Shown: positions 28,943-38,981, numbered from the stretch's first letter. The stretch: 64,000 nt of DNA from an uncultured delta proteobacterium (GCA_963810935.1 CAWEPK010000008.1:448001-512000); one strand, 5' to 3'. Notes: generated by a model not told the origin, from the sequence alone. Numbers and translations are program-made.

Positions 28943-30553
28943 ATGAGAAACATGCTCCGGGCGGCACTCGCCGCCCTTTTCATCTCGTGCGCCGGGACCG
29001 CCGTCCTGATCGGAGAAGCACATCCGGCCATATACTACGTCGATCCTGACGCAGGCTCCGACGATAACAAAGGCCTGTCACGGGACGACGCATGGCGGCA
29101 CGTGCCGGGTTCGTTCAGGAACGACAACGGGGGCTATGTCCCGGCCACCGGCTGGACGAGGATCGAGGCGGGCGACACCGTCAAGATAAAATCGGGCTCC
29201 ACGGTCAAAAATAAGCTCGCCGTAAGCGGCGACTGGTACGGCAACGGAACGGCACATTCACCTGTCGCAATCGTGAGGGATGCGGCCTGGGGGTCGGGAC
29301 CGGTCACATTCGAAGGCACAGGCCAGGCGCGGGCGTTGTACGACCCTATGGTCCTCGTATCGAAGCGTGACTACGTGACGATCGACGGGGTAACGGCCGG
29401 CGGCTTTCTCATCCGTAACTCGAAGTCGAGGGGCTTCCAGGCAACAGGCTTAAGCGAGGCCGTAAAGATGGTGGGCCTTGTAGTGAAGAATATTAAGCTC
29501 TTCAACAACGTAGAGTTCAACGTCAATGTCCAGCGGAACGACAGTTTTATTTTTCAAAACATCGAGATCGACGGCAACCGGCAGAACGGCAACCTGTCGG
29601 GCGGCTTCATGATAGGGGACAATACATACGGCTGCTCGAACGGGCAGATAATCGACTGTCTGTCGTACAACAATGGGGACACGCCCGGAACGAGCGGCGG
29701 GGGCACGAACACGTGGATCGGCTTCTGGGTGACGAACAGCACGGGCATCACCTTCGTGCGGTGCACTGCCCACCACAACAAAGGCAATGGCTATGACGCG
29801 GGCGTAGTCTCGGAGCCGCCCTCTGTTGTAACAGACATGATAAAGTACATCGACTGCGAGGCGTACAATAACTCGAACGGCTTCTCGTGCAACCTGGACA
29901 ACATCGGCGGCACGGCCCGCTTCTGGTACGTCAACTGCATCGCCCGGTCGAACGGGGCAGGCTGGATCATCTACAAGGGCCCCTCGGCCCACGTCCACAA
30001 CTGCCTGACAACAGGGAACACATGGGGCGTCTATATCGACGCGCCTGCTTTCCAAAACAGGAAGACGGTCGTTGATATAAAGAACACCATATTTTACGGG
30101 AACGACCGGGCCCACCCCGACACCACCCATACATGGGACCTCTGGCTGCACAGGACTGCATCGCTGGAGCTTGCGTCCGACTACAACCACTTCGAGCAGC
30201 GCGGGCAGTCAGAGCGGGCTGCCTACGCCACGTGCATCAGTTGGGACGGCGCTGAGAAGTCCGATGAATATCGCTACGACCGGGTCAGCGCGCCGGGGTC
30301 CGGAGCGAGGGCATGGTACAGGAACCACGGTCAGGACGCACATTCGCCGTGCAGTGTAGACGGCAAGTACGCCCGCTTCATGAAGGCGGAGTCGAACGAC
30401 TACCGCCCAGGCGCAAAAAGCAGCCTCATAGGCAAAGGCATTGCCATTGACGATGAGCTTATACCGGAAGTCCGCCGGGACAGGGACGGCAAAGCCCGCC
30501 CCCTTCCGGCCCCTGGGACATCGGGCCCTTATGCTTACGCGCAGCGCCGATAA
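28943..30553 (+). CDS. Secreted right-handed parallel beta-helix protein (pectate lyase-like fold)
   Basis: Signal peptide; YYVDPDAGSDDNKGLS; repeated NCxAxNNxxG-type coils; DYN and D-x-D-G-x-x-R motifs at the C-terminus. Confidence 0.8.
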   Translation: MRNMLRAALAALFISCAGTAVLIGEAHPAIYYVDPDAGSDDNKGLSRDDAWRHVPGSFRNDNGGYVPATGWTRIEAGDTVKIKSGSTVKNKLAVSGDWYGNGTAHSPVAIVRDAAWGSGPVTFEGTGQARALYDPMVLVSKRDYVTIDGVTAGGFLIRNSKSRGFQATGLSEAVKMVGLVVKNIKLFNNVEFNVNVQRNDSFIFQNIEIDGNRQNGNLSGGFMIGDNTYGCSNGQIIDCLSYNNGDTPGTSGGGTNTWIGFWVTNSTGITFVRCTAHHNKGNGYDAGVVSEPPSVVTDMIKYIDCEAYNNSNGFSCNLDNIGGTARFWYVNCIARSNGAGWIIYKGPSAHVHNCLTTGNTWGVYIDAPAFQNRKTVVDIKNTIFYGNDRAHPDTTHTWDLWLHRTASLELASDYNHFEQRGQSERAAYATCISWDGAEKSDEYRYDRVSAPGSGARAWYRNHGQDAHSPCSVDGKYARFMKAESNDYRPGAKSSLIGKGIAIDDELIPEVRRDRDGKARPLPAPGTSGPYAYAQRR

Positions 30554-30561
30554 TAATCGCG

Positions 30562-31005
30562 TTATTGTTTTGAATCGAGAATGAGAGTGACGGGGCCGTC
30601 ATTGACCAGCCGGACGTCCATTGTCGCCTGGAATACGCCGGTCTCGACGCGGCCGACCAGACGGCGGGCCTTCTCGACGAATACGCCGAACATCCGCCTC
30701 GCCGCGTCCGCCTCCATTGCGTCGGAGAACGACGGCCGGCGGCCCTTCCGGCAGTCGCCGTAAAGGGTGAACTGGCTGACCAGCAAAAGCGCCCCGTTCG
30801 TGTCGAGCAGCGAGCGGTCCATCTTCCCCTCCTCGCTCTCGAATATGCGCAGGTTAACTACCTTCTCCGCCATCCAGTCCAGGTCCTTCCCGGTATCTTC
30901 CCTGCCGATGCCGACAAGCACCATCAACCCCGGACCGATTTCGGCAACGGTCTTCCCCTCAACCGTCACACCGGCTTCTTTGACTCTTTGGATTACGGTT
31001 TTCAT
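30562..31005 (-). CDS. dtd: D-aminoacyl-tRNA deacylase
   Basis: MKTVIQRV, LLVSQFTL, KGRRPSF, NDGPVT. Confidence 0.97.
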   Translation of the reverse strand: MKTVIQRVKEAGVTVEGKTVAEIGPGLMVLVGIGREDTGKDLDWMAEKVVNLRIFESEEGKMDRSLLDTNGALLLVSQFTLYGDCRKGRRPSFSDAMEADAARRMFGVFVEKARRLVGRVETGVFQATMDVRLVNDGPVTLILDSKQ

Positions 31006-31062
31006 ACTGTCGACATAGATTTACATACCTGATGAAGCGCGTACGAAAAAGAGCGGCAAGTA

Positions 31063-31166
31063 TGAGGATGCAGATTTCGCCGAGCGCAAGCCCGAGGAAC
31101 GGAGGCGTACTCTTTGTGTACGTCGGAGTCCCGCAGGGCGCCGCGCGACGCGAAAGATGCGCCTCA
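31063..31166 (+). repeat. Dispersed irregular hairpin element, copy D (inner part)
   Basis: GATTTCGC...GGCGTAC-TCTTTGT-GTACGT...CGACGCGAAAGATGC matches the interior of copy A; closed by TGAGG/CCTCA. Confidence 0.7.
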
Positions 31167-31182
31167 GACGCAGCCGCCCAAC

Positions 31183-33279
31183 TTACTTTTCCGCAGCCTC
31201 TCTCTCCCGGTTCGCCTGCTCCACTACTTTCGGTGCAATATGCGCCGGCACCTCTTCATAATGCGAATACTCCATCGTGAACGTGCCCCTGCCGCCTGTC
31301 ATCGACCGAAGATCGGGCGCGTACCTGAGCATCTCCGCCATAGGCACGACCGCCTTGACGATCTGGTTGCTGCCTTTTGCTTCTACGCCCATTATTTTGC
31401 CGCGCCGGGAGTTCATGTCGCCCATAATGTCGCCGACGAACTCTTCCGGCACTATCACTTCAACTTTCATGATGGGTTCGAGGAGCGTCGGCTGCGACAT
31501 CTCCATGCCTTTTTTGAAGCCCATCGAAGCGGCGATCTTGAACGCCATATCGGAGGAATCGACCTCGTGGTAGGAGCCGTCGTACACGGTGGCCCTGAAG
31601 TCCGTCGTCGGGTATCCCGCAAGGATGCCATGGATCATTGCCTCGACGATGCCCTTTTCAACCGACGGTATATAATTCCTGGGGATCGATCCGCCCACGA
31701 TCTTGTCGACGAACTCGAAGCCCGCGCCGTGAGGCAGCGGCTCGAACTCGAGCCAGCAGTCGCCGTACTGGCCTTTACCGCCCGATTGCTTCTTATATTT
31801 GCCCTGGACCTTCGTCCGCCCCTTTATCGTCTCCTTATACGGCACCTTCGGCTCACGCAGCTCGACATCGACGCCGAACTTCCTTTTCATCCTCGCCACG
31901 AGGACCTCGATATGTATCTGCCCCATGCCGGAGATGATGAATTCTTTGGTCTGCTCGTCGCGTGAATACCTGATGCTCGGGTCTTCCTCGATGAGTCTCT
32001 GGAGAGACGTGTTCAGCTTGTCCTCGTCACCCTTCGACTTCGGATAGAGCGAGAACGAGATGGCCGGCGACGGCAGAGCGACTTCAGGATATGCAATCTG
32101 CGATTTCTCGTCGCAAAGCGTATCGCCCGTAGCCGCTTCCTTCAGCTTTGCTACGGCCGCGATGTCGCCGACGGAGACAAAACCGGCGGGCTTCTGCTTC
32201 TTGCCCACCAGGTAGAATATCTGTCCTATCCTCTCCTTTTCATCTTTCTTGACGTTCAGGACTACACTGTCCGGGTGCAGCTCGCCGGAATAGACTTTGA
32301 AGAGCGTCAGTTTTCCCGCGAACGGGTCGGTGATCGTCTTGAAGACGAAAGCGCTGAACGGCTCGTTGACGGCCATCTTCCTTTCGACCGGCTTGCCCGT
32401 CCTCGGGTCTGTGCCCTCTACTTTGCCGACGTACAGCGGATCGGGGAAATAGCGCACCAGGTTGTCGAACAAAGGCTGAATGCCTATAACCTTTGCGGCA
32501 GCGCCTACCATTACGGGCGCGAGCCTGCGGCCCCAGATGCCGTCTTTCAGGCACGTCTCGATCTCTTCGTCCTTGATCGGGTCCCCGTTGAGGTAACGTT
32601 CCATCACCTCATCGTTCATCTCGACGGCCGACTCTATCAGCTTCTCCCTGTAACCGGCCGCCTCGTCCGCGAGGTCCGCGGGGATATCGACGGTTTCGAA
32701 GGAGCCCGACTGGTCCTCTTTGTAAAGATATGCCTTCATCGATATAAGGTCGATAACGCCCTTGAAGCTCTCTTCGCTGCCTATAGGCAACTGGATGACC
32801 ACTATGTTCTTATCGGTGAAATTCTTCCTCAGGTCTTCGACGGTCTTCGCGAAATCGGCCCGCTCCCTGTCCATCTTGTTGATGAAAAAGCAGACCGGAA
32901 CGGAAAACTCATTGGCGTAGTCCCACACTTTTTCCGTACCGACCCTTACCCCGGAAACCGCGCTGACCAGGATAACCGCCCCGTCTACGACCCTGATGCA
33001 AAGCTTGGCGTCGTATATGAAGTTGTCGTCACCCGGAGTATCGAGGAGGTTGATTTTGTACTTGTTCCACTCAAAGCAGGCAAGCGTGGATGATATGGTC
33101 GCCTTCCGATCTATTTCCTCGGGCTCGTAGTCCATGAGCGACGTGCCGTCGTCAACCCTGCCCAGCCTGGTGTTCTCGCCGGCCAGGAAAAGCATGGCAT
33201 CGACGATGCTCGTCTTGCCCTCGCCCCCGTGTGAAAACAGGCCGAGATTTCTTATGGTTTCCGTTTCGTACTTCTTCAT
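31183..33279 (-). CDS. Elongation factor G paralogue (EF-G2 type)
   Basis: 698 aa full EF-G architecture, KKQSGGKGQYGD, YHEVDSSDMAF; divergent G1 (SHGGEGKT) and G3 (DTPGDD); not in an rpsL-rpsG operon. Confidence 0.92.
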   Translation of the reverse strand: MKKYETETIRNLGLFSHGGEGKTSIVDAMLFLAGENTRLGRVDDGTSLMDYEPEEIDRKATISSTLACFEWNKYKINLLDTPGDDNFIYDAKLCIRVVDGAVILVSAVSGVRVGTEKVWDYANEFSVPVCFFINKMDRERADFAKTVEDLRKNFTDKNIVVIQLPIGSEESFKGVIDLISMKAYLYKEDQSGSFETVDIPADLADEAAGYREKLIESAVEMNDEVMERYLNGDPIKDEEIETCLKDGIWGRRLAPVMVGAAAKVIGIQPLFDNLVRYFPDPLYVGKVEGTDPRTGKPVERKMAVNEPFSAFVFKTITDPFAGKLTLFKVYSGELHPDSVVLNVKKDEKERIGQIFYLVGKKQKPAGFVSVGDIAAVAKLKEAATGDTLCDEKSQIAYPEVALPSPAISFSLYPKSKGDEDKLNTSLQRLIEEDPSIRYSRDEQTKEFIISGMGQIHIEVLVARMKRKFGVDVELREPKVPYKETIKGRTKVQGKYKKQSGGKGQYGDCWLEFEPLPHGAGFEFVDKIVGGSIPRNYIPSVEKGIVEAMIHGILAGYPTTDFRATVYDGSYHEVDSSDMAFKIAASMGFKKGMEMSQPTLLEPIMKVEVIVPEEFVGDIMGDMNSRRGKIMGVEAKGSNQIVKAVVPMAEMLRYAPDLRSMTGGRGTFTMEYSHYEEVPAHIAPKVVEQANREREAAEK

Positions 33280-33494
33280 GCAGGCTCCTTTGCGTTCTGC
33301 TCGCCGGCTCTTGCCTTTATCGGTCAGCCGCTATAAAAGGTGGTTTGGAACGGAATGAATGAAAAATAATAACCATGCCCGTAGAAAAAATCAACAATTA
33401 TGATTAACTGCTGAGGACCGGCTGCTTTTTCAGCAACACCTGCACGACCCCGAAGCCGCTGGAATTTTTCTTTACTTTACGGTAGCGTTATGAC

Positions 33495-33518
33495 TATTAT
33501 GTCATTATAGACATAATA
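33495..33518. promoter_or_regulatory. Inverted repeat upstream of fdh, candidate regulator site
   Basis: TATTATGTC-N6-GACATAATA in an AT-rich promoter region. Confidence 0.5.
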
Positions 33519-33642
33519 AATTGTCTGACCGGCCCTCGGACGGCCGCTTTCGGCGAGGGGGGCATTCGCGGGGAAGCCGTGGGAGGCCGGTTCAAGAGGT
33601 TACTTCACCGTGCGGCCGGCATATCATGCGAGGAGGCTAAGC

Positions 33643-36342
33643 ATGAGCGAGGTATCACTCTTTATTGACGACCGTCAAGTATCCATAACCCAGGGAGCAA
33701 CCGTACTGGAGGCCGCAAAGCGAGCGGGGGTCCACATCCCGACGCTTTGCGATTATAAGGCCCTCACCCCAGTCAGCGCGTGCCGGGTCTGTCTCGTCGA
33801 GGTGGAGGGAGCGAAGGCCCTTGTGGCCGCCTGCTCCTACCCGGTGTCGGCCGGCATGAAGGTCAAGACCGACACAGCGAGGGTACGGGCTGCCCGCCGC
33901 CTTGTCGTCGATCTGCTCCTCTCGGACCATCCACTCGACTGCATGACCTGCGACAAATCGGGAGAGTGCGAGCTGCAGGAGCTCGCCTATAAACTGGGCA
34001 TCAAGTCCTCCCGCTTCGAGGGTGAGCAACACCATTACCCGGTCGATCTTAGCAACCCTTTCATAACGCGGGACTACAAAAAGTGCGTCCTTTGCGGCAG
34101 GTGCGTACGCGCCTGCGAAGAAGTCCAGGGCGTGGGGGCAATCGATTTCATAGATCGGGGCTTCAAGGCAAAAGTGGCGGTCCCCTTCGACAGGGGGCTC
34201 AAGGAGAGTGACTGCCTTTTCTGCGGCCAGTGCGTCCAGTCGTGTCCGACCGGCGCCCTGACGGAGACGAAGGCCACGGGCCTGGCGCGGACATGGGAAA
34301 CGACGAAAATCCGCACCACCTGCCCCTATTGCGGCGTTGGTTGCCAGCTCTGGCTGCACACAAAGGACGGCCGGATAACAAAGGTGACCGGAGTGGCGGA
34401 CGGCTCGCCCAACAAGGGCCGCCTCTGCGTCAAAGGCAGGTTCGGCTACGACTTCATCTACTCGAACGAAAGGCTAACAACCCCGCTCATCAGGAAGGAA
34501 GACGGCACGTTCCGGGAGGCCTCCTGGGACGAAGCGCTCGACCTCGTCGCGTCGAAGATCAAAGAGACTGTCGCCAAATATGGGCCGGACGCCTGCGGGG
34601 GCGTAAGCTGCGCCCGAAGTATCAACGAAGATTCGTACCAGATGCAAAAGCTCTTCCGCGCAGCGATCGGCACCAATAACGTCGATCACTGCGCACGTAC
34701 CTGACACGCCCCGACAGTCGCCGGTCTGGCGACAAGCTTCGGCTCCGGGGCCATGACGAACTCTTTCGGTGAGTTTGCCGATGCGAAAATGTTCTTCGTT
34801 ATCGGCTCGAACATGACGGAGGCCCACCCGGTAGCTGCGACCTTCGTCAAGAACGCGGTAAGGAAAGGCGCGGAGCTTTACGTGGCGGACCCGCGCCGCA
34901 CGGCCCTGGCTGAGAAGGCCAAGGTCCACCTCCAGTTGAAGGTAGGCAGCGACATAGCCCTGCTTAACGGGCTTATGCACGTGCTCATCACCGAGGACCT
35001 TTACGACAAAGAGTACGTGGCCGGCTGCACGACGAACTTCGATGAGCTGAAGAAGGCGGTCATGAAATATACGCCGGAGGCGGCAGCGGAGATATGCGGC
35101 GTAGACGCCGGGACGATCCGGCAGACGGCCAGGCGGCTGGCCTCCGTCAAGCCCCTCATGCTCATTTACACGCTGGGCATCACCGAGCATACCAGCGGCG
35201 TCAATAATGTAATGAGCTGCGCCAACCTCCAGATGCTCCTCGGAAACGTCGGCTTCGAGTGCGGCGGCGTCAACCCCCTGCGGGGGCAGAACAACGTCCA
35301 GGGGGCCTGCGACATGGGCGCCCTGCCGAACGTCTTTCCGGGCTACCAGCCCGTCACCGACCCGAAGGCGCGGGCCAAGTTCGAAGCGGCCTGGGGCGTA
35401 GGGAAACTGCCCGACAAGGTCGGCAAGATGATGCCGACGATGATGAGCGGGCTGCTCGACGGCTCCATCCGGTTCTTTTACGTCTTCGGGGAGAATTTGG
35501 CGAACACGGAGCCGGACATCCATCATGTGGAGAAATGCCTTGCTTCGGCCGAGTTCCTTGTCTGCCAGGATATATTCCCGACGGAGACGACCCGCTTTGC
35601 CCACGTAATCCTGCCCGCAGCGGCATGGAGCGAAAACGACGGGACGTTCACCAACAGCGAGCGGCGCGTCAGCAGGGTGCGGACTGCGAGCGCCCCGCCC
35701 GGCGCGGCCAAGCCAAACTGGTGGATATTCAGGGAGATCGCGCGGCGGCTCGGACAACCATGGGCATCCGACAGCGCGCAGGAATTATGGGACAACGAGA
35801 TATCCGCCCTCGCCCCGAATTTCGGGGGCATCAAATATGCCCGCATCGAAGATGACGGCCTCCAGTGGCCCTGCCCCGATGTAAATCATAACGGCACGCC
35901 TGTGCTTCACCTGCAAGGGAAATTCACGCGCGGCCAGGGGCAGTTCATGCCGGTCGAGTGGACGCCGCCCGCCGAGGTCGCAGACGAGGAGTACCCCATG
36001 GTGCTCTCCACCGGACGCCGCCTCTATCACTACCATACGCGGACGCAGACGGGCCGGTCCGCGGGCCTGAACGAGATGCTCGGAGAGGAGACAGCCGACA
36101 TCTCGCCCGCTGACGCAGACGTGCTGGGCATCGCCCAGGGAGAGACGATCGTCGTCAAGTCCCGCAGGGGACAGGTGAAGGTAAAGGCGAAGGTGACGGG
36201 CGAGGTGCCGAGGGGCATGGTCTGGATGGCATTCCATTTCAGGGAGGCGTGCGCGAACTGGCTGACCAACCAGGCCTTCGACCCCATTAGCCAGACCGCC
36301 GAATACAAGGCGTGCGCCGTGAGGATCGAAAGGCTGCCGTAA
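33643..36342 (+). CDS. fdhF: Selenocysteine-containing formate dehydrogenase alpha subunit (FdhF type) with N-terminal 2Fe-2S and 4Fe-4S domains; TGA 34702-34704 read as Sec
   Basis: The two track ORFs are in the same frame and read [57 protein letters not shown] SD before ATG 33643; 899 aa. Confidence 0.96.
34705..34733 (+). promoter_or_regulatory. Bacterial SECIS element
   Basis: Stem GTCGCC/GGCGAC with loop GGTCT starting 12 nt after the in-frame TGA, similar to the E. coli fdhF SECIS. Confidence 0.88.
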
Positions 36343-36376
36343 GCTGCCGGGGCAGCCAAAGGAATATGTTTTTTCC

Positions 36377-37216
36377 GTGAAGAACGCCTCCACTCAAAAA
36401 GACTACCTCAGCGTAGAGGCCGCCTCCTTTTCGAAGGACAGGACGTGCATCGAAGAGGACGTCCTCGTCATTGTCGAAGAACCCCTGGAGATACGCATTA
36501 ACGGCACGGCTTACGCGGTGCTCATGCGCACGCCCGGCAGCGAGATCGAGCTTGCCGTCGGGTTTTGCCTCACCGAGGGCATAGTCGATTCGTTTGAAGA
36601 GATCGAAAGCGTCGGGTTTTGCCCCGATGCGGCGGCAGGCGCGGAGAACATTGTAAGCGTGCAGGTAAAAACAGCCGTGCGCCGGGACGGAAGGCCCGAC
36701 CTCCCCTCCCGCGCACGCGTGGCGAATACGAGCTGCGGGGTCTGCGGCGTGCGCACCATCGACGATCTGGAAATGCAGCTTACCAGACTTCCCGCGGGGT
36801 GCACCGTGCCCGCCCAAACGATCGTCGAGCTCCAGTACCTCATGTCCGACCGCCAGACCCTCTCCCGGCTCACCACCGGGACCCACGCCGTTGCCCTGTC
36901 CGGCATCGACGGCGGCCTTCATGTCGTAAGGGAAGACGTGGGGCGGCACAACGCATTCGACAAGGTGATCGGATACGCCATGCAAAGCGGCATAGACTTA
37001 AGCGCCTGCGTAACCCTCCTTAGCGGCCGCATCAGCTTCGAGATGGTGCAAAAGGCGATACGGGCCCGTATCCCCGTGGTCGCAGCGATTTCTGCGGCCA
37101 CCTCCCTTGCCGTCAGCCTGGCGAAGCGGTTCGACTGCACACTGGTCGGGCGCTTGCGCGACCGGAGCATGACCGTTTACACGTGCCCGGAAAGGATAGC
37201 CCCCTCCTGCAAATAA
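36377..37216 (+). CDS. fdhD: Formate dehydrogenase accessory sulfurtransferase FdhD
   Basis: VEEPLEI, MRTPG, SCGVCG, TTGTHA, EDVGRHNAFDKVIG, SGRISFEMVQKA. Confidence 0.96.
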   Translation: MKNASTQKDYLSVEAASFSKDRTCIEEDVLVIVEEPLEIRINGTAYAVLMRTPGSEIELAVGFCLTEGIVDSFEEIESVGFCPDAAAGAENIVSVQVKTAVRRDGRPDLPSRARVANTSCGVCGVRTIDDLEMQLTRLPAGCTVPAQTIVELQYLMSDRQTLSRLTTGTHAVALSGIDGGLHVVREDVGRHNAFDKVIGYAMQSGIDLSACVTLLSGRISFEMVQKAIRARIPVVAAISAATSLAVSLAKRFDCTLVGRLRDRSMTVYTCPERIAPSCK

Positions 37217-37299
37217 ACCGTGCGATCGGCCCTGCCACAGCACCGAAGACAGCGCAGCTTGTCTATGCCCGCCCACTGTGCTATCATACAAGACATCAT

Positions 37300-37393
37300 G
37301 GAGAGATGTCCGAGCGGCTGAAGGAGCACGACTGGAAATCGTGTGTGCTGGCTAAAACTGGCACCGAGGGTTCAAATCCCTCTCTCTCCGCCA
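37300..37393 (+). tRNA. tRNA-Ser (GGA)
   Basis: Acceptor stem GGAGAGA/TCTCTCC then GCCA; anticodon arm CACGA-CTGGAAA-TCGTG; long variable arm; GGTTCAAATCC T arm; TTGTCT-N17-TATCAT promoter upstream. Confidence 0.97.
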
Positions 37394-37598
37394 GCTTCTC
37401 CCCCTTGCTCCACCCATTGTTCTGCCTTTTTTAGCCTTCTTTCGAATGCCCCTTACCTCACAACGCGCAAGACACCCTAAGGTAGATCCACTATCCCCTG
37501 CATAAGGCAAAGGCCATTTTAAGTAATTCGCCGCTCTTGACGATAAAAAGTATAGGAGAGTTTACGATCTGAACCTATGACCGAATGGGGAGGTACGA

Positions 37599-38312
37599 AT
37601 GGCCACTGAAAGCGCACGTCAAGAGGATGCCCAACCGGTAAATCTGAACGAATCCGAACATGCACCACTATTCTTCCCTCCGGGCCTGCCGCTTCAGGTG
37701 GAGGTAGAAGGCGTCTCCTTCAGGATGAGCAGCATCGCTGTCGGCATGATCGCCGAGAGGTTCCTTGTAATAAAGTATCCGAACACGGGGATCTACGGGT
37801 CGATTGACAGCAAGATGTTCAAGGGGAACAAGATTGTTGTCCGATACGTCAATCGCGGAGACGTTTTCGGCTTCCAGTCGGAGCTGATCGAGATGATAAC
37901 CAGCCCCCTCAAGCTCCTGTTCATCGCCTGTCCCTCACTGATTGTCCGCAAAAACCTGCGGTCTAACCGACGCGTGGAATGTTCCCTTCCTGCCCGCCTG
38001 AAGCCCCCCACGAAGGATGAAAATATGGTTTTTGAAGACGGCCTGATCACAGATATAAGCATGGCGGGATGCCGGTTCACGATGATGAAAGCAGCGGAGC
38101 AGGCACGTCACGAGATGAACGGCACTGTCATGCTCCACATAGAGATACCGGGTGTCGAGGGCGGAATCGAGCTGTCGGGAAGTGTAAAGAACGTGCAGCG
38201 CGACTCGCAAAGGGTGAGCATGGGCGTTCAGTTCGCTGAAATCGACGAGCAGAAAAAGGAAAAGTTCCTGGAATTCATCGCCACCCTGGAAAAGTTCGCC
38301 TGGGACAAATAG
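37599..38312 (+). CDS. PilZ-domain c-di-GMP effector (YcgR / flagellar brake-like)
   Basis: RSNRR and DISMAG (RxxxR and DxSxxG) motifs after an N-terminal YcgR-like domain. Confidence 0.88.
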   Translation: MATESARQEDAQPVNLNESEHAPLFFPPGLPLQVEVEGVSFRMSSIAVGMIAERFLVIKYPNTGIYGSIDSKMFKGNKIVVRYVNRGDVFGFQSELIEMITSPLKLLFIACPSLIVRKNLRSNRRVECSLPARLKPPTKDENMVFEDGLITDISMAGCRFTMMKAAEQARHEMNGTVMLHIEIPGVEGGIELSGSVKNVQRDSQRVSMGVQFAEIDEQKKEKFLEFIATLEKFAWDK

Positions 38313-38456
38313 AGCACCAGGCCCCGCTACGCGCCCTGATGCACATCGTCTACCTGTTCGATCTGATTTTAGAAGGGATTATTCTTGCGCGATATTACTG
38401 CCGGCGAAGGGCTTGCGGATGCATCGCGTCGCCCCTCGCCCGTAAGTCTCGATATG

Positions 38457-38981
38457 TCAATGATGTGCGGTGGTTGTCGTTGACGATCCCTTGCCGCCGC
38501 TGGCGGCGATAATGGCTGCGGCTGCGGCTGCGGCAATCACTGCGCCGGCTGCTATTGTCCCTGCCCCTATACCGGCTGACACCTGTCCGCCGGCCACCAA
38601 ACCGGCCGTGTGGGCCGCCTCGGAGGCGGACTTGGCAGCGGCAGCGGCTTTGGCAGCGGCCGCTTTATCGGCTTCAGTTCCGGTGAGGGCGGCCTTTTGG
38701 GCGGCGAAGTCGGCCGCTTTATTGGCCTCTGAGGCGGCAATCCTGGCCTGTTCGGCAGCGATTTGTTTCTCCGCGGCTGCGGCAACCGTATCGCCTTTCG
38801 CCTCTGCTGCTGCAGCGGCTTTTTCTGCGGCTGCGGCCTTCTCCTCTGCTGCGGCTGCGGCCTTCTCTGCGGTTGCGGCTTCCCGGCCTAATTCCTCGGC
38901 CGTCTGTGCAAACACCTGGACGGGAGCCATAAACCCGATACATAAAACGAGGAAGCAACAAAGTACCAATTTGCCACTCAT
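38457..38981 (-). CDS. Ala-rich exported/membrane protein with a GfcA/YjbE-like C-terminus
   Basis: GGGAGG SD, signal peptide, EKAAAAA repeats, hydrophobic Ala/Gly segment, ending SGGKGSSTTTTAHH. Confidence 0.65.
   Translation of the reverse strand: MSGKLVLCCFLVLCIGFMAPVQVFAQTAEELGREAATAEKAAAAAEEKAAAAEKAAAAAEAKGDTVAAAAEKQIAAEQARIAASEANKAADFAAQKAALTGTEADKAAAAKAAAAAKSASEAAHTAGLVAGGQVSAGIGAGTIAAGAVIAAAAAAAIIAASGGKGSSTTTTAHH

Noticed and set aside
33529..33590. Moco/Wco riboswitch before fdh
   Set aside because: A GC-rich hairpin (CCGGCC/GGCCGG) is present, but the conserved Moco motif sequences were not found.
34702..34704. fdh pseudogene with a nonsense codon
   Set aside because: The TGA is at the Sec/Cys ligand position and is followed by a SECIS hairpin.
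37300..37600. Integrative element at tRNA-Ser, or tRNA-Sec next to fdh
   Set aside because: The anticodon is GGA, not TCA; no integrase is adjacent and no duplicated tRNA 3' end was seen in the window.
38395..38450. Additional member of the 121-nt hairpin family
   Set aside because: The hairpin between convergent genes lacks both the GCGTAC/GTACG core and the conserved termini; more likely a terminator or unrelated REP-like element.
38620..38885. CRISPR array or non-coding tandem repeat
   Set aside because: The GCGGCTGC periodicity is explained by Ala-rich codons; there is no repeat-spacer structure.
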